A DNA stretch of 64,000 nt from a virus: the UHGV virus genome UHGV-0168042. One strand, 5' to 3'. This document shows, in pieces, positions 49,866-59,546 of this stretch. The position numbers were made by a program, and so were the translations under genes. Positions within the stretch are counted from its first letter, which is position 1. Every line of letters starts with the position of its first letter. The notes beneath the pieces were generated by a model. It searched no databases, was not told the DNA's origin, and saw only the letters and a program-made list of their open reading frames with translations.

Positions 49866-50640
49866 ATTTCACCTCTTCTGTCGCTGTATCATTGGCCTGT
49901 TCTTCTTTGGCCCGTTCTGCAATCGCCGCACGGCATTTCGCCCTGGCTGTAGCGATTGCTTCTGCTCGTACATCGTCTGGAATCGTTGACGTTATATACA
50001 TATCCAGTTCTTCGGCACGGAATACTGTTTGGTCCAGATATTCGCGTAGCATCCAGGTAAATTCGAAATCACACGCGATAATCTCTGCGCTACCTTCTGC
50101 ACCATTTGGGAAATGAATAAATGCCTGTTTAGCCAAACCGATAACACGACATGCGGTTACCAAAACAGCGACAACCAGGTTTACATTTTCACACGCTACG
50201 GGCTGATTAACGCCGGAGATTACTCCATTTAACTGTCGGTTATATGGAAGGTAGTTTGAGATGCGTTCTACGCGCCATGTGCCAGTCAGGCTGCCATTTT
50301 TAAAGATAATTGGTGTAACGGATAGCCCAAGCTCGCGTATAAGTCGTTGCGCTATAGCAGGATCATTAAACAGGTCTAATGCTACACATTCGAAAGACTG
50401 CGCAAGGGCAAACAGTTCTTCCAGAGAGTAGTCTTTGCCCCTGGCGGTGATGTAACGACGAACGCCGCTGTCTGCATCACTCCATATAGCTACGCCATGC
50501 TCTTCATTCAGTTCTTCATTAAAGCCGAGATACGTCATGATAGTGCGTTCAATCGTGTCAAACGGCAGTGACATGTCGGCGTTAACAGCCACCAGCAGGC
50601 CATTACGCAAGCGGTATTGAATTGTTTTAGTGCTTTCCAT
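49864..50640 (-). CDS. Hypothetical protein (258 aa)
   Basis: Complete ORF. Confidence 0.5.
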   Translation of the reverse strand: MESTKTIQYRLRNGLLVAVNADMSLPFDTIERTIMTYLGFNEELNEEHGVAIWSDADSGVRRYITARGKDYSLEELFALAQSFECVALDLFNDPAIAQRLIRELGLSVTPIIFKNGSLTGTWRVERISNYLPYNRQLNGVISGVNQPVACENVNLVVAVLVTACRVIGLAKQAFIHFPNGAEGSAEIIACDFEFTWMLREYLDQTVFRAEELDMYITSTIPDDVRAEAIATARAKCRAAIAERAKEEQANDTATEEVK

Positions 50641-50646
50641 GTCAAA

Positions 50647-51324
50647 TCACTCCACAACAAACCAGTCACAGGCCAGCAGGTCGCCAACTGAAGGCACCCA
50701 CGGAACAACTACACCTTGTGCATTTTTTAAGGCGAAATAAGCACCATACGGAACGAGGTCGCCGGGGAAATATCCCTTAATGGCTTCCATTCGTGCCGGG
50801 TACTGTCCTTCAGGAACCAGCCAGCAGAATTGGTCTTCGCCGTTCCACCCGCGTCGAGCAACTTTCTTGCCATCCTTCAGCCACATCAGCGCGTCAGAAA
50901 AGTCGGCTGCTTCAAGGTCGATTTCTTCTTGCTGGGTGGTGATGCCACCAGCAGAAATAGTTACGCTCCCGGTAAGATTAATCATCTCGCCGTTGTCATC
51001 CGTAATGATGACCGTGGTTCCATTTTTGGAGGCGTCGTTAACCAGGCCATAGCGTTCCTCAAATGGTTTCTCCGGGACATAGAACAGATAACCGTTTTCA
51101 TAAACGATCAGATACCCGCCAGTTTTTGGTCGGTGTTTTTGTAAAAAAATTGCGTCAACACAAACTGTTGCCCCTTTAGGTTCAACGAGTTCGATGCTGC
51201 CCCAAAGTGGGGCATCAGTTACTCCGAAAATAACAACATTTTTGATTTTCGATGCACTAACGTTTTTGTGAGCTTTGTATTTGGGAAGGAGCTTAAAAAG
51301 CTCTTTCGTTGCCATGTTATTCAT
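50647..51324 (-). CDS. Protein with C-terminal DUF2829-like domain
   Basis: C-terminal ALMWLKDGKKVARRGWNG ... VVPWVPSVGDLLACDWFVVE resembles the DUF2829 signature from recall. Confidence 0.45.
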   Translation of the reverse strand: MNNMATKELFKLLPKYKAHKNVSASKIKNVVIFGVTDAPLWGSIELVEPKGATVCVDAIFLQKHRPKTGGYLIVYENGYLFYVPEKPFEERYGLVNDASKNGTTVIITDDNGEMINLTGSVTISAGGITTQQEEIDLEAADFSDALMWLKDGKKVARRGWNGEDQFCWLVPEGQYPARMEAIKGYFPGDLVPYGAYFALKNAQGVVVPWVPSVGDLLACDWFVVE

Positions 51325-51338
51325 AGTCTTTTCTCTGC

Positions 51339-51833
51339 TTATAACTTTTCGTACTGAAGCGGTGTACGCTTGATTTCAACGCGGTCTTCCGATGTACTAC
51401 CAAAGCCACCAGCACCTCGCTCTGTTTCATCGAGTTCATCAACTTCTACCAGCGATACCGGTTCAACACGCTCAAAAATGCCTTGCATGACAGCCATTCC
51501 AGGCTTGAGGCAAATGCCTTCCCCGCCGGGATCAGCAATCAGTTTTGCCATGATTTCACCGCGATAATCGGAGTCGATAATTCCTACGCAGTTAGCCAGG
51601 CGAGTATGTTTTTTGCAGCCCAATCCGGATCGTGGATAGAGTTTCAGACACCAGCCGGGCGGGATCTCCATAGCCAGTCCGGTATACACCCACCAGCTTG
51701 AGGAAATTGCCCCATTGCTATCGACGCATGGTTTTATTTCAACAGCCTCAAAATCCATCGCCGCCGATCCGGAGGTGGCATAAGCTGGAAGTTTTGCTGC
51801 CGGATGTAGGCGTTTCACTTTTACGTAAATCAT
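51339..51833 (-). CDS. dut: dUTPase
   Basis: dUTPase motifs GIIDSDYRGEI and RGAGGFGSTS. Confidence 0.85.
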   Translation of the reverse strand: MIYVKVKRLHPAAKLPAYATSGSAAMDFEAVEIKPCVDSNGAISSSWWVYTGLAMEIPPGWCLKLYPRSGLGCKKHTRLANCVGIIDSDYRGEIMAKLIADPGGEGICLKPGMAVMQGIFERVEPVSLVEVDELDETERGAGGFGSTSEDRVEIKRTPLQYEKL

Positions 51834-52306
51834 TGTTTTTTAGCTCTCTGCGTGAAGGTGTAAACCCGACGTTTGATATGTGGAACGGTAGGAACAGGAA
51901 GACAGGAACTTTCAATAACTCCTTGCTCCTCCAGCGATCGCACCGCCCGCAAGAACTGCGACGTGTCGCCGCCAAACTGGCGGGCATAGGTGCTGCCGTT
52001 ATGAAGTATTTGAGCTATTACCCGAGCTTTTGTCTGGCTGTCACGATATGCGAATAGCCGCACGGCCTCTTCTGGCGCAATCGCTAACTGATAGCCTTTC
52101 CCGGCACGGTGTCGAATGAATCCATGCGCCAGTAGGTTTTTGAGTTCGTTACGAGTGCGAACAGATCCGTAATCCAGGAAGTGTGGATTGATAACGACTG
52201 GCTTAAACCATTCCGTAGGTGCTTTAGCTAATAGAGCTAACAGCTTCCCGGACAATTCTGGATAGGAAGACGGGTAACAATTCAGAGATGGGTAATAAGT
52301 TTTCAC
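51830..52306 (-). CDS. Hypothetical protein (158 aa)
   Basis: Complete ORF, 4-nt overlaps with neighbours. Confidence 0.45.
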   Translation of the reverse strand: MKTYYPSLNCYPSSYPELSGKLLALLAKAPTEWFKPVVINPHFLDYGSVRTRNELKNLLAHGFIRHRAGKGYQLAIAPEEAVRLFAYRDSQTKARVIAQILHNGSTYARQFGGDTSQFLRAVRSLEEQGVIESSCLPVPTVPHIKRRVYTFTQRAKKQ

Positions 52307-52647
52307 CGACGCCCCCTTGCCGGATATCGACCTGCATTAGTATCCGGTGCAATAAAGCCGGTAGTGGGGCGAGTGAAAGCGAGATTAATCTTCTCGACCA
52401 TAGTGCGATAATTTTCCTGATAGTGGGCCAGGAGTTTTTCGGCGGCAATGATGGTTACTTTCCGGACGTAGCTTTCTGCTTCCTCCAGATTTCGCCAGTT
52501 TTTTTCGAGGGTAAACACAGGGACGGCCTCAAGCCCGGTCATGATGCCGAACACAACGACAGCATGACTGTTCTTAACACCAGCGGCGAAGGTTACGGTG
52601 TAACCATCTACCTTGAAGCGTCTTGATTCCGTGATTTGACTCTGCAA
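52303..52647 (-). CDS. Hypothetical protein (114 aa)
   Basis: Operator-like motif (52693-52715) lies about 45 nt upstream of its ATG. Confidence 0.45.
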   Translation of the reverse strand: MQSQITESRRFKVDGYTVTFAAGVKNSHAVVVFGIMTGLEAVPVFTLEKNWRNLEEAESYVRKVTIIAAEKLLAHYQENYRTMVEKINLAFTRPTTGFIAPDTNAGRYPARGRR

Positions 52648-52720
52648 AGCACCCTCCTAAATAGGCGAGGGTACTTTACAGCAAAGGCGTTAATCTAAAA
52701 AGATGTGTTAGAAATTTAAT

Positions 52721-53749
52721 TTACGAATCCATCAGGCGGCTATTAGCCCCCACAGACACGCCGCCACGGCGAAGATACCGCATAAGTGTTTCCGGTTTCT
52801 TCCATGTTCCTTCCTGCATGATCTCCACCATAGACACCTGCTTTTCAGCCATATCAATAGCGGCCCCGACGCGTGCACTATGCCCGGTCCACGTCCGGTA
52901 TCTTCCTTTGTTTGGCGTAGCATCTCTTTTATTCAGCAACACCCAGGCGTCGCTGAATATTTTCTCCATTGCAGGTGCAGTAAGGGGCGTTGTCGTGATC
53001 CTGGCCTTATTGCTACGGTGTATCGGCGGGAACAGCACTGCGTCAGGATGTTCGCGAAGCCCGGAAACATCCAGCCAGTCATTCAGCACAGCGGTAGTGC
53101 GACGGGAAAGCACCTTATCAAGCCCGGCGGCGGTCGTTATTGTCTTCGTGTGTGAAATATGTAGCGTGACAGTGTCACCTGTTTGGTCCAGATCTCCTAC
53201 ACGAATACGCGAGATTTCCGACATACGCATCAGCGTATTGTATGCAACAAAGAGAAAAGCCCGGTTGCGCAGGTCCACCAGCCGTTCTGACCTGGACAAC
53301 AGGACGTCGAGCAGTTTCAGATCGTCCCACCGCAGCGGTATAGCCTGGCCTGTTCGTTCGCCTTTTTCCGTTGCCGCTTCACGCCGGATGCGCCGCATAG
53401 CCAGAGAAACACTTTTATCATCCGAAAGTGGCGGAAGGCCACAATGCGAAAGCAGCATGTTAAGCATGGCGTAGTGCTTATCAATGGTGGTCGAAGCCAG
53501 ATCAGCATCATGCAGCTGGAGAAAATACTCGCGGGCCATCTCTGGTGAGATCGGGAACCAGGCGAGCTGGCGAGCGTGACACCATCTCGCCCAGGAGTGA
53601 AACACTAACCGGAGATCGCGCAAAGTATTCGGCGCGTAAGCCCCCCGGTCATTCATGAACCGCATAAAGTTTTCTGCGGCCTCCTGGTACTCTTTGCCAA
53701 TGTTGCGCAGAAAACCACCGGAGCTGCCAGAGATAATTAATTCACTCAT
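52721..53749 (-). CDS. cre: Cre-like tyrosine site-specific recombinase
   Basis: Collinear similarity to P1 Cre as recalled (WFPISPEMAREYFLQL, NRAFLFVAYNTLMRMSEISRIRV, WTGHSARVGAAIDMA, catalytic Y in LMRYL). Confidence 0.85.
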   Translation of the reverse strand: MSELIISGSSGGFLRNIGKEYQEAAENFMRFMNDRGAYAPNTLRDLRLVFHSWARWCHARQLAWFPISPEMAREYFLQLHDADLASTTIDKHYAMLNMLLSHCGLPPLSDDKSVSLAMRRIRREAATEKGERTGQAIPLRWDDLKLLDVLLSRSERLVDLRNRAFLFVAYNTLMRMSEISRIRVGDLDQTGDTVTLHISHTKTITTAAGLDKVLSRRTTAVLNDWLDVSGLREHPDAVLFPPIHRSNKARITTTPLTAPAMEKIFSDAWVLLNKRDATPNKGRYRTWTGHSARVGAAIDMAEKQVSMVEIMQEGTWKKPETLMRYLRRGGVSVGANSRLMDS

Positions 53750-53901
53750 GAAACTATTTCGCCTCTATATACAGATGACGCTACGCGAAAAATATAAAAA
53801 TGACAGGGTAGCTATAAGTTAATTTTCAAAATACAAGCCTTTGATTCGAGGCGCGTATTTTCATTGATGTCAACACTGATCATCTACCCATGATTATAGC
53901 C

Positions 53902-53933
53902 TAACTTTAAATAATGCCAATTATTTAAAGTTA
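53902..53933. other. lox-like recombination site: 14-bp perfect inverted repeats TAACTTTAAATAAT / ATTATTTAAAGTTA around a 4-bp core (or 12-bp arms around ATGCCAAT)
   Basis: Located about 150 bp upstream of the cre-like start; arm resembles the loxP arm ATAACTTCGTATA (10 of 13). Confidence 0.6.
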
Positions 53934-54114
53934 TAAAATGGCGATTTTTTTTAATCCATCACAGATTGATTCTGACCAGTAACACGTTGCCTTCATGGTC
54001 TTTAATTTGCGAAGTGTGGTTTATACAGTTGGTTTTCTAAAATTGATGACAAAAAATCACAGCTCTATCCTTTACTCACTCTGTTATTCGACATAAATTT
54101 GTCATAGTAATTTT

Positions 54115-54126
54115 ATGTTAGAAAAC
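54115..54126. promoter_or_regulatory. Operator-like motif ATGTTAGAAAAC about 20 bp upstream of the 54144 start
   Basis: Motif family member; a second partial copy at 54034-54044. Confidence 0.4.
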
Positions 54127-54143
54127 TAAATCGAGTAGGAATA

Positions 54144-55181
54144 ATGAGTAAGAAGTCGATCGAGAAAGAGTACAAACGGTTCCTGCAAACCGCTGAACGG
54201 TGGAAAGAGCTGGTGGTCGCAAACTCTGTTTTCCATGATACCAGTTATGCTGGCGAGGAATTCCGCCATGTTGCATTAACGCATGACCAAAACATATTAG
54301 AAGAAGCTGAAAAATGTCTTGCTGAATGGAAAGCCTTCGTTGACATGTGTCGCGATGCCGACGGCAAAGCGTCGAACATTGTTGAGTCTGTATATTCTCC
54401 GATCCCATTCATCATTGAGGACACCAATCAAAGCACGCATGTTGTTGTGCAAAGCGCTACAACAACACGTACATTTACACGTGAGCAATTGCTCAAAAAA
54501 TACGACAAAATCATAAAGAAAAGCCTGAAAAATAGGGTTTTTTCTCAAATCGTAGGTGCTCTTGAAGAAGAACAGCGCTTCTTTGAAGCTGAGCCTGAAG
54601 GCGAGATCTACCGGGCGCGTAAAGAGGCATATACAGATGTTGTGCTGACAACAAACATCGAAGGCAGCAATGCCCTTTCTCGCTTTAGAGTTGGCGCACA
54701 TGGCGCATTGGTTTTCGCAAGACTACCGAAGACAACGATCCCCGTTGTCAATAATGTTGGTGAACGCCGGAGCATTACAATTTATTCTGGCGTCGAATCG
54801 GTACCTTGCAGCCTTCTCGGCGATTTTAACTTATATCGTGTTCGTGACCTGGAAAAACACCAGCCAAGCTACGTTGCGAAGTCGTACATCTTAAGGAACA
54901 TCGATATTCGCAACGAAAACCTTAAGCAGAAATCCGCTAAGATGCTGGAGGATGCCGATCCGGCCATTCGCCATATCATTGAACGTAAGATTCGTACATC
55001 GCGTGAAGCAATGGCAAGGCTGGATAAAATGGATCTGGAATTGTTAGACGTAATGATGGCCTCTGGAGACGACCTGACCGGCATCAAACTGAATGAAGCG
55101 CGTAAAAAATACGGCAAAGCAATCGAAGAACGTTACGGATACACATTCCCCCAAACGCAGCACGCCGCAAAGCTCTGGTAA
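54144..55181 (+). CDS. Hypothetical protein (345 aa); occupies the position held by the c1 repressor in P1
   Basis: Lies between the lox-like site and pacB with an operator-like motif in its leader; no sequence-level support for repressor function. Confidence 0.45.
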   Translation: MSKKSIEKEYKRFLQTAERWKELVVANSVFHDTSYAGEEFRHVALTHDQNILEEAEKCLAEWKAFVDMCRDADGKASNIVESVYSPIPFIIEDTNQSTHVVVQSATTTRTFTREQLLKKYDKIIKKSLKNRVFSQIVGALEEEQRFFEAEPEGEIYRARKEAYTDVVLTTNIEGSNALSRFRVGAHGALVFARLPKTTIPVVNNVGERRSITIYSGVESVPCSLLGDFNLYRVRDLEKHQPSYVAKSYILRNIDIRNENLKQKSAKMLEDADPAIRHIIERKIRTSREAMARLDKMDLELLDVMMASGDDLTGIKLNEARKKYGKAIEERYGYTFPQTQHAAKLW

Positions 55182-55209
55182 TCACCACCGGCCCCGCACC
55201 GCGGGGCTT

Positions 55210-56718
55210 TTATATATCCAGATCCGGCATTTCGATATCCGCCAGAACCTGATCTCGGAAAGTTGCCATTTCGGCACCAATATCTTCATTAGCAGGCACA
55301 TAGTCCACCAGCATAGTGAAGCAGTAGGTATCCCATCGGTCAGGCGATTTGATGTTTAGCTTTTGCCGCATGTGCTCTTTGCGCATCATCGCCATTTTCC
55401 CCTCTTCATTCAGTAAAAAGGGGATTTTTGACGCTTGCTCTGCCGTTTTAGGGTCACTGTCTATCCGCATACGCCCTGACTTTATGGCATCACGCGCCAT
55501 AATATTTGCGTAGGCACGCTGATTAACAAATCGCTCCCTGTCTTTGTTCGCAAACATGGGTTTTCCCCACCGAATACGTACCGGGTTCGCACCACGACGC
55601 ACCAACTGCGCACACGTATCAGAACCAAAACCATCAGCATCAACCGCGATTGTTATATTCGGGTATTTTTCCGGCGTACATTCGTTATATATGAAGTCAG
55701 CAAAGGCCAATGGGTCCATAGTGCCAGGCATCTCCATTACCTTAAAGTTAACAACGCGCCGCTTATCCCTGTGACCTGATACCTTGCAGATGTTGAGGAC
55801 CGACTTATCTCGCCCATTACCAACGTCAGCCGTTGCCACCCATCCCCAGTTTTTCTCCAACAACACCTTGCGGCGAGCAGCGCGATCGCATTCATCACGA
55901 CCAAGCAAATAGCCGTTAATTTCTCGTGGGAACTGACCAAGCACCTTGACCATGTACTCAATAGAATCGCGCCCGCCATATTCCAGAAGCTTCTCCTTGA
56001 TGAATTGTGGTGTGACGAACGGTGATTCTTCCGAGTTAAGAACAATTGCTGTCCAGATCCCTTTCGGGTTGCCTGGGGTTTTTGCTCGAGAATGGTGCGA
56101 ATCGTAGAAATAACCACTTGGCCTTGTTGGCTGGGATAGCATCAACATCCGGTTATCTTCTTCAGTAAGAGCACCGGTCATTACGCCGATCGCCTTATCA
56201 GATATACCAGATGCTTCATCCAGAATTAGAAGCAAATGTGCCGCGTGTTCCCCCGCCAGCGCTTCTTCGTTGCCGAGTCGATAACCTTTGCAGAGAACTT
56301 CCCAAATCCCCTTACGGGAGCGCTCATAAAACATGGTGTCAGAGAGGACAAAATAGGTCTGCAACCACCCATGACGCTTAACTGCATTCGCCCAATACTG
56401 TTTAACGTATTTGAATACGCCTGTTTTTACCTGGCCTATCTTGTTAGCAACAATGATGACACGGGCATCGGGGAACAGGATCATAAAAATCAACAGCAAC
56501 ATCGCGGTAAGGGACGACTTCCCCGTTCCGTGTCCGGACGTGACGGTAGTCCTACTCCCCGTTTCCTGTACGGACTGAATGATCTGCTGCTGCTGGTGGG
56601 AGGGGAACATCCCAAAAATATCGACAACAGCCTGGGTAAAGTTGTAGCGGTATTTGATTACCATATCGCGCCAGCGTGGATCTCTGGTGACGCATTTAAC
56701 CTTGCGCCCGCCAGCCAT
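55210..56718 (-). CDS. pacB: Terminase large subunit (PacB-like)
   Basis: Walker A GHGTGKSS, Walker B LLILDEAS, C-terminal nuclease-like region; directly downstream of pacA-like gene. Confidence 0.75.
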   Translation of the reverse strand: MAGGRKVKCVTRDPRWRDMVIKYRYNFTQAVVDIFGMFPSHQQQQIIQSVQETGSRTTVTSGHGTGKSSLTAMLLLIFMILFPDARVIIVANKIGQVKTGVFKYVKQYWANAVKRHGWLQTYFVLSDTMFYERSRKGIWEVLCKGYRLGNEEALAGEHAAHLLLILDEASGISDKAIGVMTGALTEEDNRMLMLSQPTRPSGYFYDSHHSRAKTPGNPKGIWTAIVLNSEESPFVTPQFIKEKLLEYGGRDSIEYMVKVLGQFPREINGYLLGRDECDRAARRKVLLEKNWGWVATADVGNGRDKSVLNICKVSGHRDKRRVVNFKVMEMPGTMDPLAFADFIYNECTPEKYPNITIAVDADGFGSDTCAQLVRRGANPVRIRWGKPMFANKDRERFVNQRAYANIMARDAIKSGRMRIDSDPKTAEQASKIPFLLNEEGKMAMMRKEHMRQKLNIKSPDRWDTYCFTMLVDYVPANEDIGAEMATFRDQVLADIEMPDLDI

Positions 56719-58082
56719 TAATCATCCTCCGGCGGTTCTATCGCGATATCATCATCTCCGGCGTCATACCCTGCATCAGATGCATCATAATCACCGTAAA
56801 TTTCAGCCGTTGCCGAAGGGTCAATATCCAGCTCTTCGTCGTTGGCCTCGAATTCTCCAGCTTTACGCTCGCCATTGCGGTCGTAATCTCCGCAACCCAA
56901 TTCTTCAACAATGGTTGCCACATCCGCCCGGCGCTCTGCCAGCCATAGCGGATGGTTAGCCTGAAGCGTTGCAAACTCCCTTGCCTCTTTGTCCAGCTGT
57001 TCATCATCAACATCATTGACGTCAGAAACAGGTGGTTCGAGAAGAGTGATAGCTTTCGCCGCGCGCGCCGCGAGGATAGCCGGGACGCTGACACCCTGGC
57101 GCTCGATGTATTCAGCAACACCGATATCATCCAGTTCCTCGCGCTCACGCATACGTATAGCGGCGGCGATAACTCTGGCTGCGCGTGCGTCAGCGCCAAT
57201 GCGATATTCAATCTCTTTGCCACGCTGTTCGGCCTGTAGGCGTGCTAATTCGAGTTTTTCTCTGGCCTCAGCCTCTTTGAATGCTTGCTGGCGAGCGCTC
57301 TGACGAAGCTTTTCATCCCCCTGTCGCAGCTTTTGTTCGGACTGATATATAGCTGCCAACCTACTGATAAAATCATTCATGTAGTAGGCCGCGTCACTGA
57401 TTAGACCGAGAAGGCGCTGCCCAGGGTGCATTCCTTCTGGCTCTTTATCGCCCAAGGTGTCTATTTCCGCCTGTAGACGTTCGGCCTCCTGATCAACAAT
57501 GCTTTGATACTGAAGTGCGCGCTCTTGCGCCATTTGAATTGCTAACCGCAGGTGTTCTTCTGCGCCGTTCTTCATCATATCGCGAGCCACATTCGTAGTT
57601 GGCAATGTGGCACGCTGCACAGCACCGTCAGGGATCATTGCAGAAGATCCCTCAATTTTTGGGGCACTTTTATCTTCTTCGGGGATCATTTTCGCCATTT
57701 TTTCGCGCAATGATCTCCTGACGGATTCTTTTATCTCATTGTTATTATTTAAATTATTTTCATGATCCGAAGTTTTCTTTCTCGGCATACTTCGGAAAGA
57801 ACCTGCGCCCTGCGAATTGTCAATTTCTGTAAATTTTGTTTTTTCTGCACCCTCTTCCTGCTTTTTTGTTGCTCTTCCTGCCCGTTTTTTTTCAGGTGAT
57901 TTGGTGCTTTTTTTTGTTGTCTTTACCTGCGACCGCACCTCATTTTTTTTCATATTGAGATGCTTTCTGGCTGTATTGAAGCTAAGGCCATGCTCCTCAC
58001 AGTATTCCTTTACAGTGATCCCTTTTTCTTCACGCAACGCTATAAAGCGGGCGCGGTGCTCCTCCCAATTAACCAGACTCAT
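56718..58082 (-). CDS. pacA: Terminase small subunit (PacA-like) with N-terminal HTH
   Basis: N-terminal HTH (GITVKEYCEEHGLSFNTARKHL), acidic C-terminus; contains a GATC-rich cluster at 57630-57770. Confidence 0.55.
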   Translation of the reverse strand: MSLVNWEEHRARFIALREEKGITVKEYCEEHGLSFNTARKHLNMKKNEVRSQVKTTKKSTKSPEKKRAGRATKKQEEGAEKTKFTEIDNSQGAGSFRSMPRKKTSDHENNLNNNNEIKESVRRSLREKMAKMIPEEDKSAPKIEGSSAMIPDGAVQRATLPTTNVARDMMKNGAEEHLRLAIQMAQERALQYQSIVDQEAERLQAEIDTLGDKEPEGMHPGQRLLGLISDAAYYMNDFISRLAAIYQSEQKLRQGDEKLRQSARQQAFKEAEAREKLELARLQAEQRGKEIEYRIGADARAARVIAAAIRMREREELDDIGVAEYIERQGVSVPAILAARAAKAITLLEPPVSDVNDVDDEQLDKEAREFATLQANHPLWLAERRADVATIVEELGCGDYDRNGERKAGEFEANDEELDIDPSATAEIYGDYDASDAGYDAGDDDIAIEPPEDD

Positions 58083-58471
58083 AAAGCAACACCACGCTTT
58101 TTAACGGCGGCATTCCACAGCTTATTCGCCATGTCCACCAGCTCTCGTTGCTCTTTTCGCGCCTGTTCGACTGATTTCCTGCTACAGTTTTTAACCAGTA
58201 AACTGCCGTATTCAGGGGTTCGCCCACGCACCTTGAACTGATATCCGTTCAGGCCATGCAACCAGTATTTTCGTGGGTAAACACGATCATCAAGCTCACA
58301 GATTGCCCTGCTTGAACGAACAAAATGACGAATGATGTTAGTTACACTTACTCGTGAAACATGGAGATGAGGGTATTTTTCTTTGGCGAGAGTGGTAATT
58401 TCAGTGACTGTCAGATAGCAGTCAGCCCTGATCATGATATCCGCAATTTCTGCGCTGCTGATTTGTTCCAT
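58079..58471 (-). CDS. Hypothetical protein (130 aa); position matches the late promoter activator gene of P1
   Basis: Positional only (immediately upstream of pacA, operator palindrome in leader). Confidence 0.35.
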   Translation of the reverse strand: MEQISSAEIADIMIRADCYLTVTEITTLAKEKYPHLHVSRVSVTNIIRHFVRSSRAICELDDRVYPRKYWLHGLNGYQFKVRGRTPEYGSLLVKNCSRKSVEQARKEQRELVDMANKLWNAAVKKRGVAL

Positions 58472-58547
58472 TAATCCCCCGGCAGGAAATGACCGAGGGG
58501 ATGATAATGAGAATGTTAAAACTGTATAGACTGGTAAAAAGATGATT

Positions 58548-58582
58548 ATATTAGAAAATTAATATTAAATACCTAACACTAC
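58548..58582. promoter_or_regulatory. Operator-like palindrome TATTAGAAAATTAATATTAAATACCTAACACT
   Basis: Motif family member upstream of the 58471 start. Confidence 0.4.
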
Positions 58583-58971
58583 CAGCGAGACAAACGAACA
58601 ACATGTTTCACTTTTGCGATCCACTGTCCGCGATAACTATTGATTACGGCCTGTGCCAGCTTCAAATTGGCTTCAAAATCAGCCTTACTACCATCAGACT
58701 CCACCAGCATTCCTCCATCTATTTCTGGTAAACATAGATAATCCTGCTCAACCTGCAGCGGCATTGATGGCTCTCTGAATGGCGTTACTTGCTCTGCTTT
58801 CCAGCGAAATCTAACCCTCATCCCCCTGGTGGTCATTACTAGATAGCCTGTTATAGTGCTTTTATGGCCCACATCAGTACGCGTGGCATTGCATGACACG
58901 ATCTTACAGTTAGCGATAGACCACTCCATATTGGTGGCCTGTTGAGTGCTTAATTTGGTAGTCCCGTACAT
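58579..58971 (-). CDS. Hypothetical protein (130 aa)
   Basis: Complete ORF. Confidence 0.4.
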   Translation of the reverse strand: MYGTTKLSTQQATNMEWSIANCKIVSCNATRTDVGHKSTITGYLVMTTRGMRVRFRWKAEQVTPFREPSMPLQVEQDYLCLPEIDGGMLVESDGSKADFEANLKLAQAVINSYRGQWIAKVKHVVRLSRW

Positions 58972-59546
58972 CAGAAAGCCTCCCAGTCAGTCGCGATAAT
59001 ATCCACACCAGTTGCAAACCAGTCTGTCTGCGCCTGTAAATCACCATTCATCATTACCAGGCGAGGCATCACCATCACATCGCACCCTTCCACAATATCG
59101 AATGCCTCTTCCGGCAAGAATTCGAAGAGCTTTTCTTTGCTGCCAATGCTGCCACGGAACATCGATATATAGCTCCCTTTAGGCCATGATGTCCGCCGGG
59201 CATCAAGCCCTTTCATCATCCAGTAAAAAGCCGAGGAAAAAGGGATATTCTTTTTGCCAATGATTACATTATTCGCTTCTGTGTACTTCAGGAACTTAAC
59301 TAACCTTACCATTGACTCGGATAACGCAACGTATGGCTCATGATTGATTGCTGACACGCTTACACCGTGCAAATCCACGCTTACCACTGTCATATCACCG
59401 CTCTGTGCGGTTTCGATATTGACGCCTTTGCGAACTAATGAGGCGTAAAGTTCCTCTCGCTTTTTGGTCCAGCGTTCCCGCTTCCCTATGAAGTCACTCA
59501 AAATGAGATCTTCTTCTGCATATGCGTTATCGTTCGCCATTAACAT
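58971..59546 (-). CDS. Hypothetical protein (191 aa), possibly DUF2829-related
   Basis: Weak resemblance to the DUF2829 pattern (YWMMKGLDARRTSWPKGSY ... ATDWEAF). Confidence 0.35.
   Translation of the reverse strand: MLMANDNAYAEEDLILSDFIGKRERWTKKREELYASLVRKGVNIETAQSGDMTVVSVDLHGVSVSAINHEPYVALSESMVRLVKFLKYTEANNVIIGKKNIPFSSAFYWMMKGLDARRTSWPKGSYISMFRGSIGSKEKLFEFLPEEAFDIVEGCDVMVMPRLVMMNGDLQAQTDWFATGVDIIATDWEAF

Noticed and set aside
54144-55181. Calling this gene the c1 immunity repressor
   Set aside because: Support is positional only (between the lox site and pacB, motif in leader); no sequence resemblance to P1 C1 that I can verify, so it is left as hypothetical.
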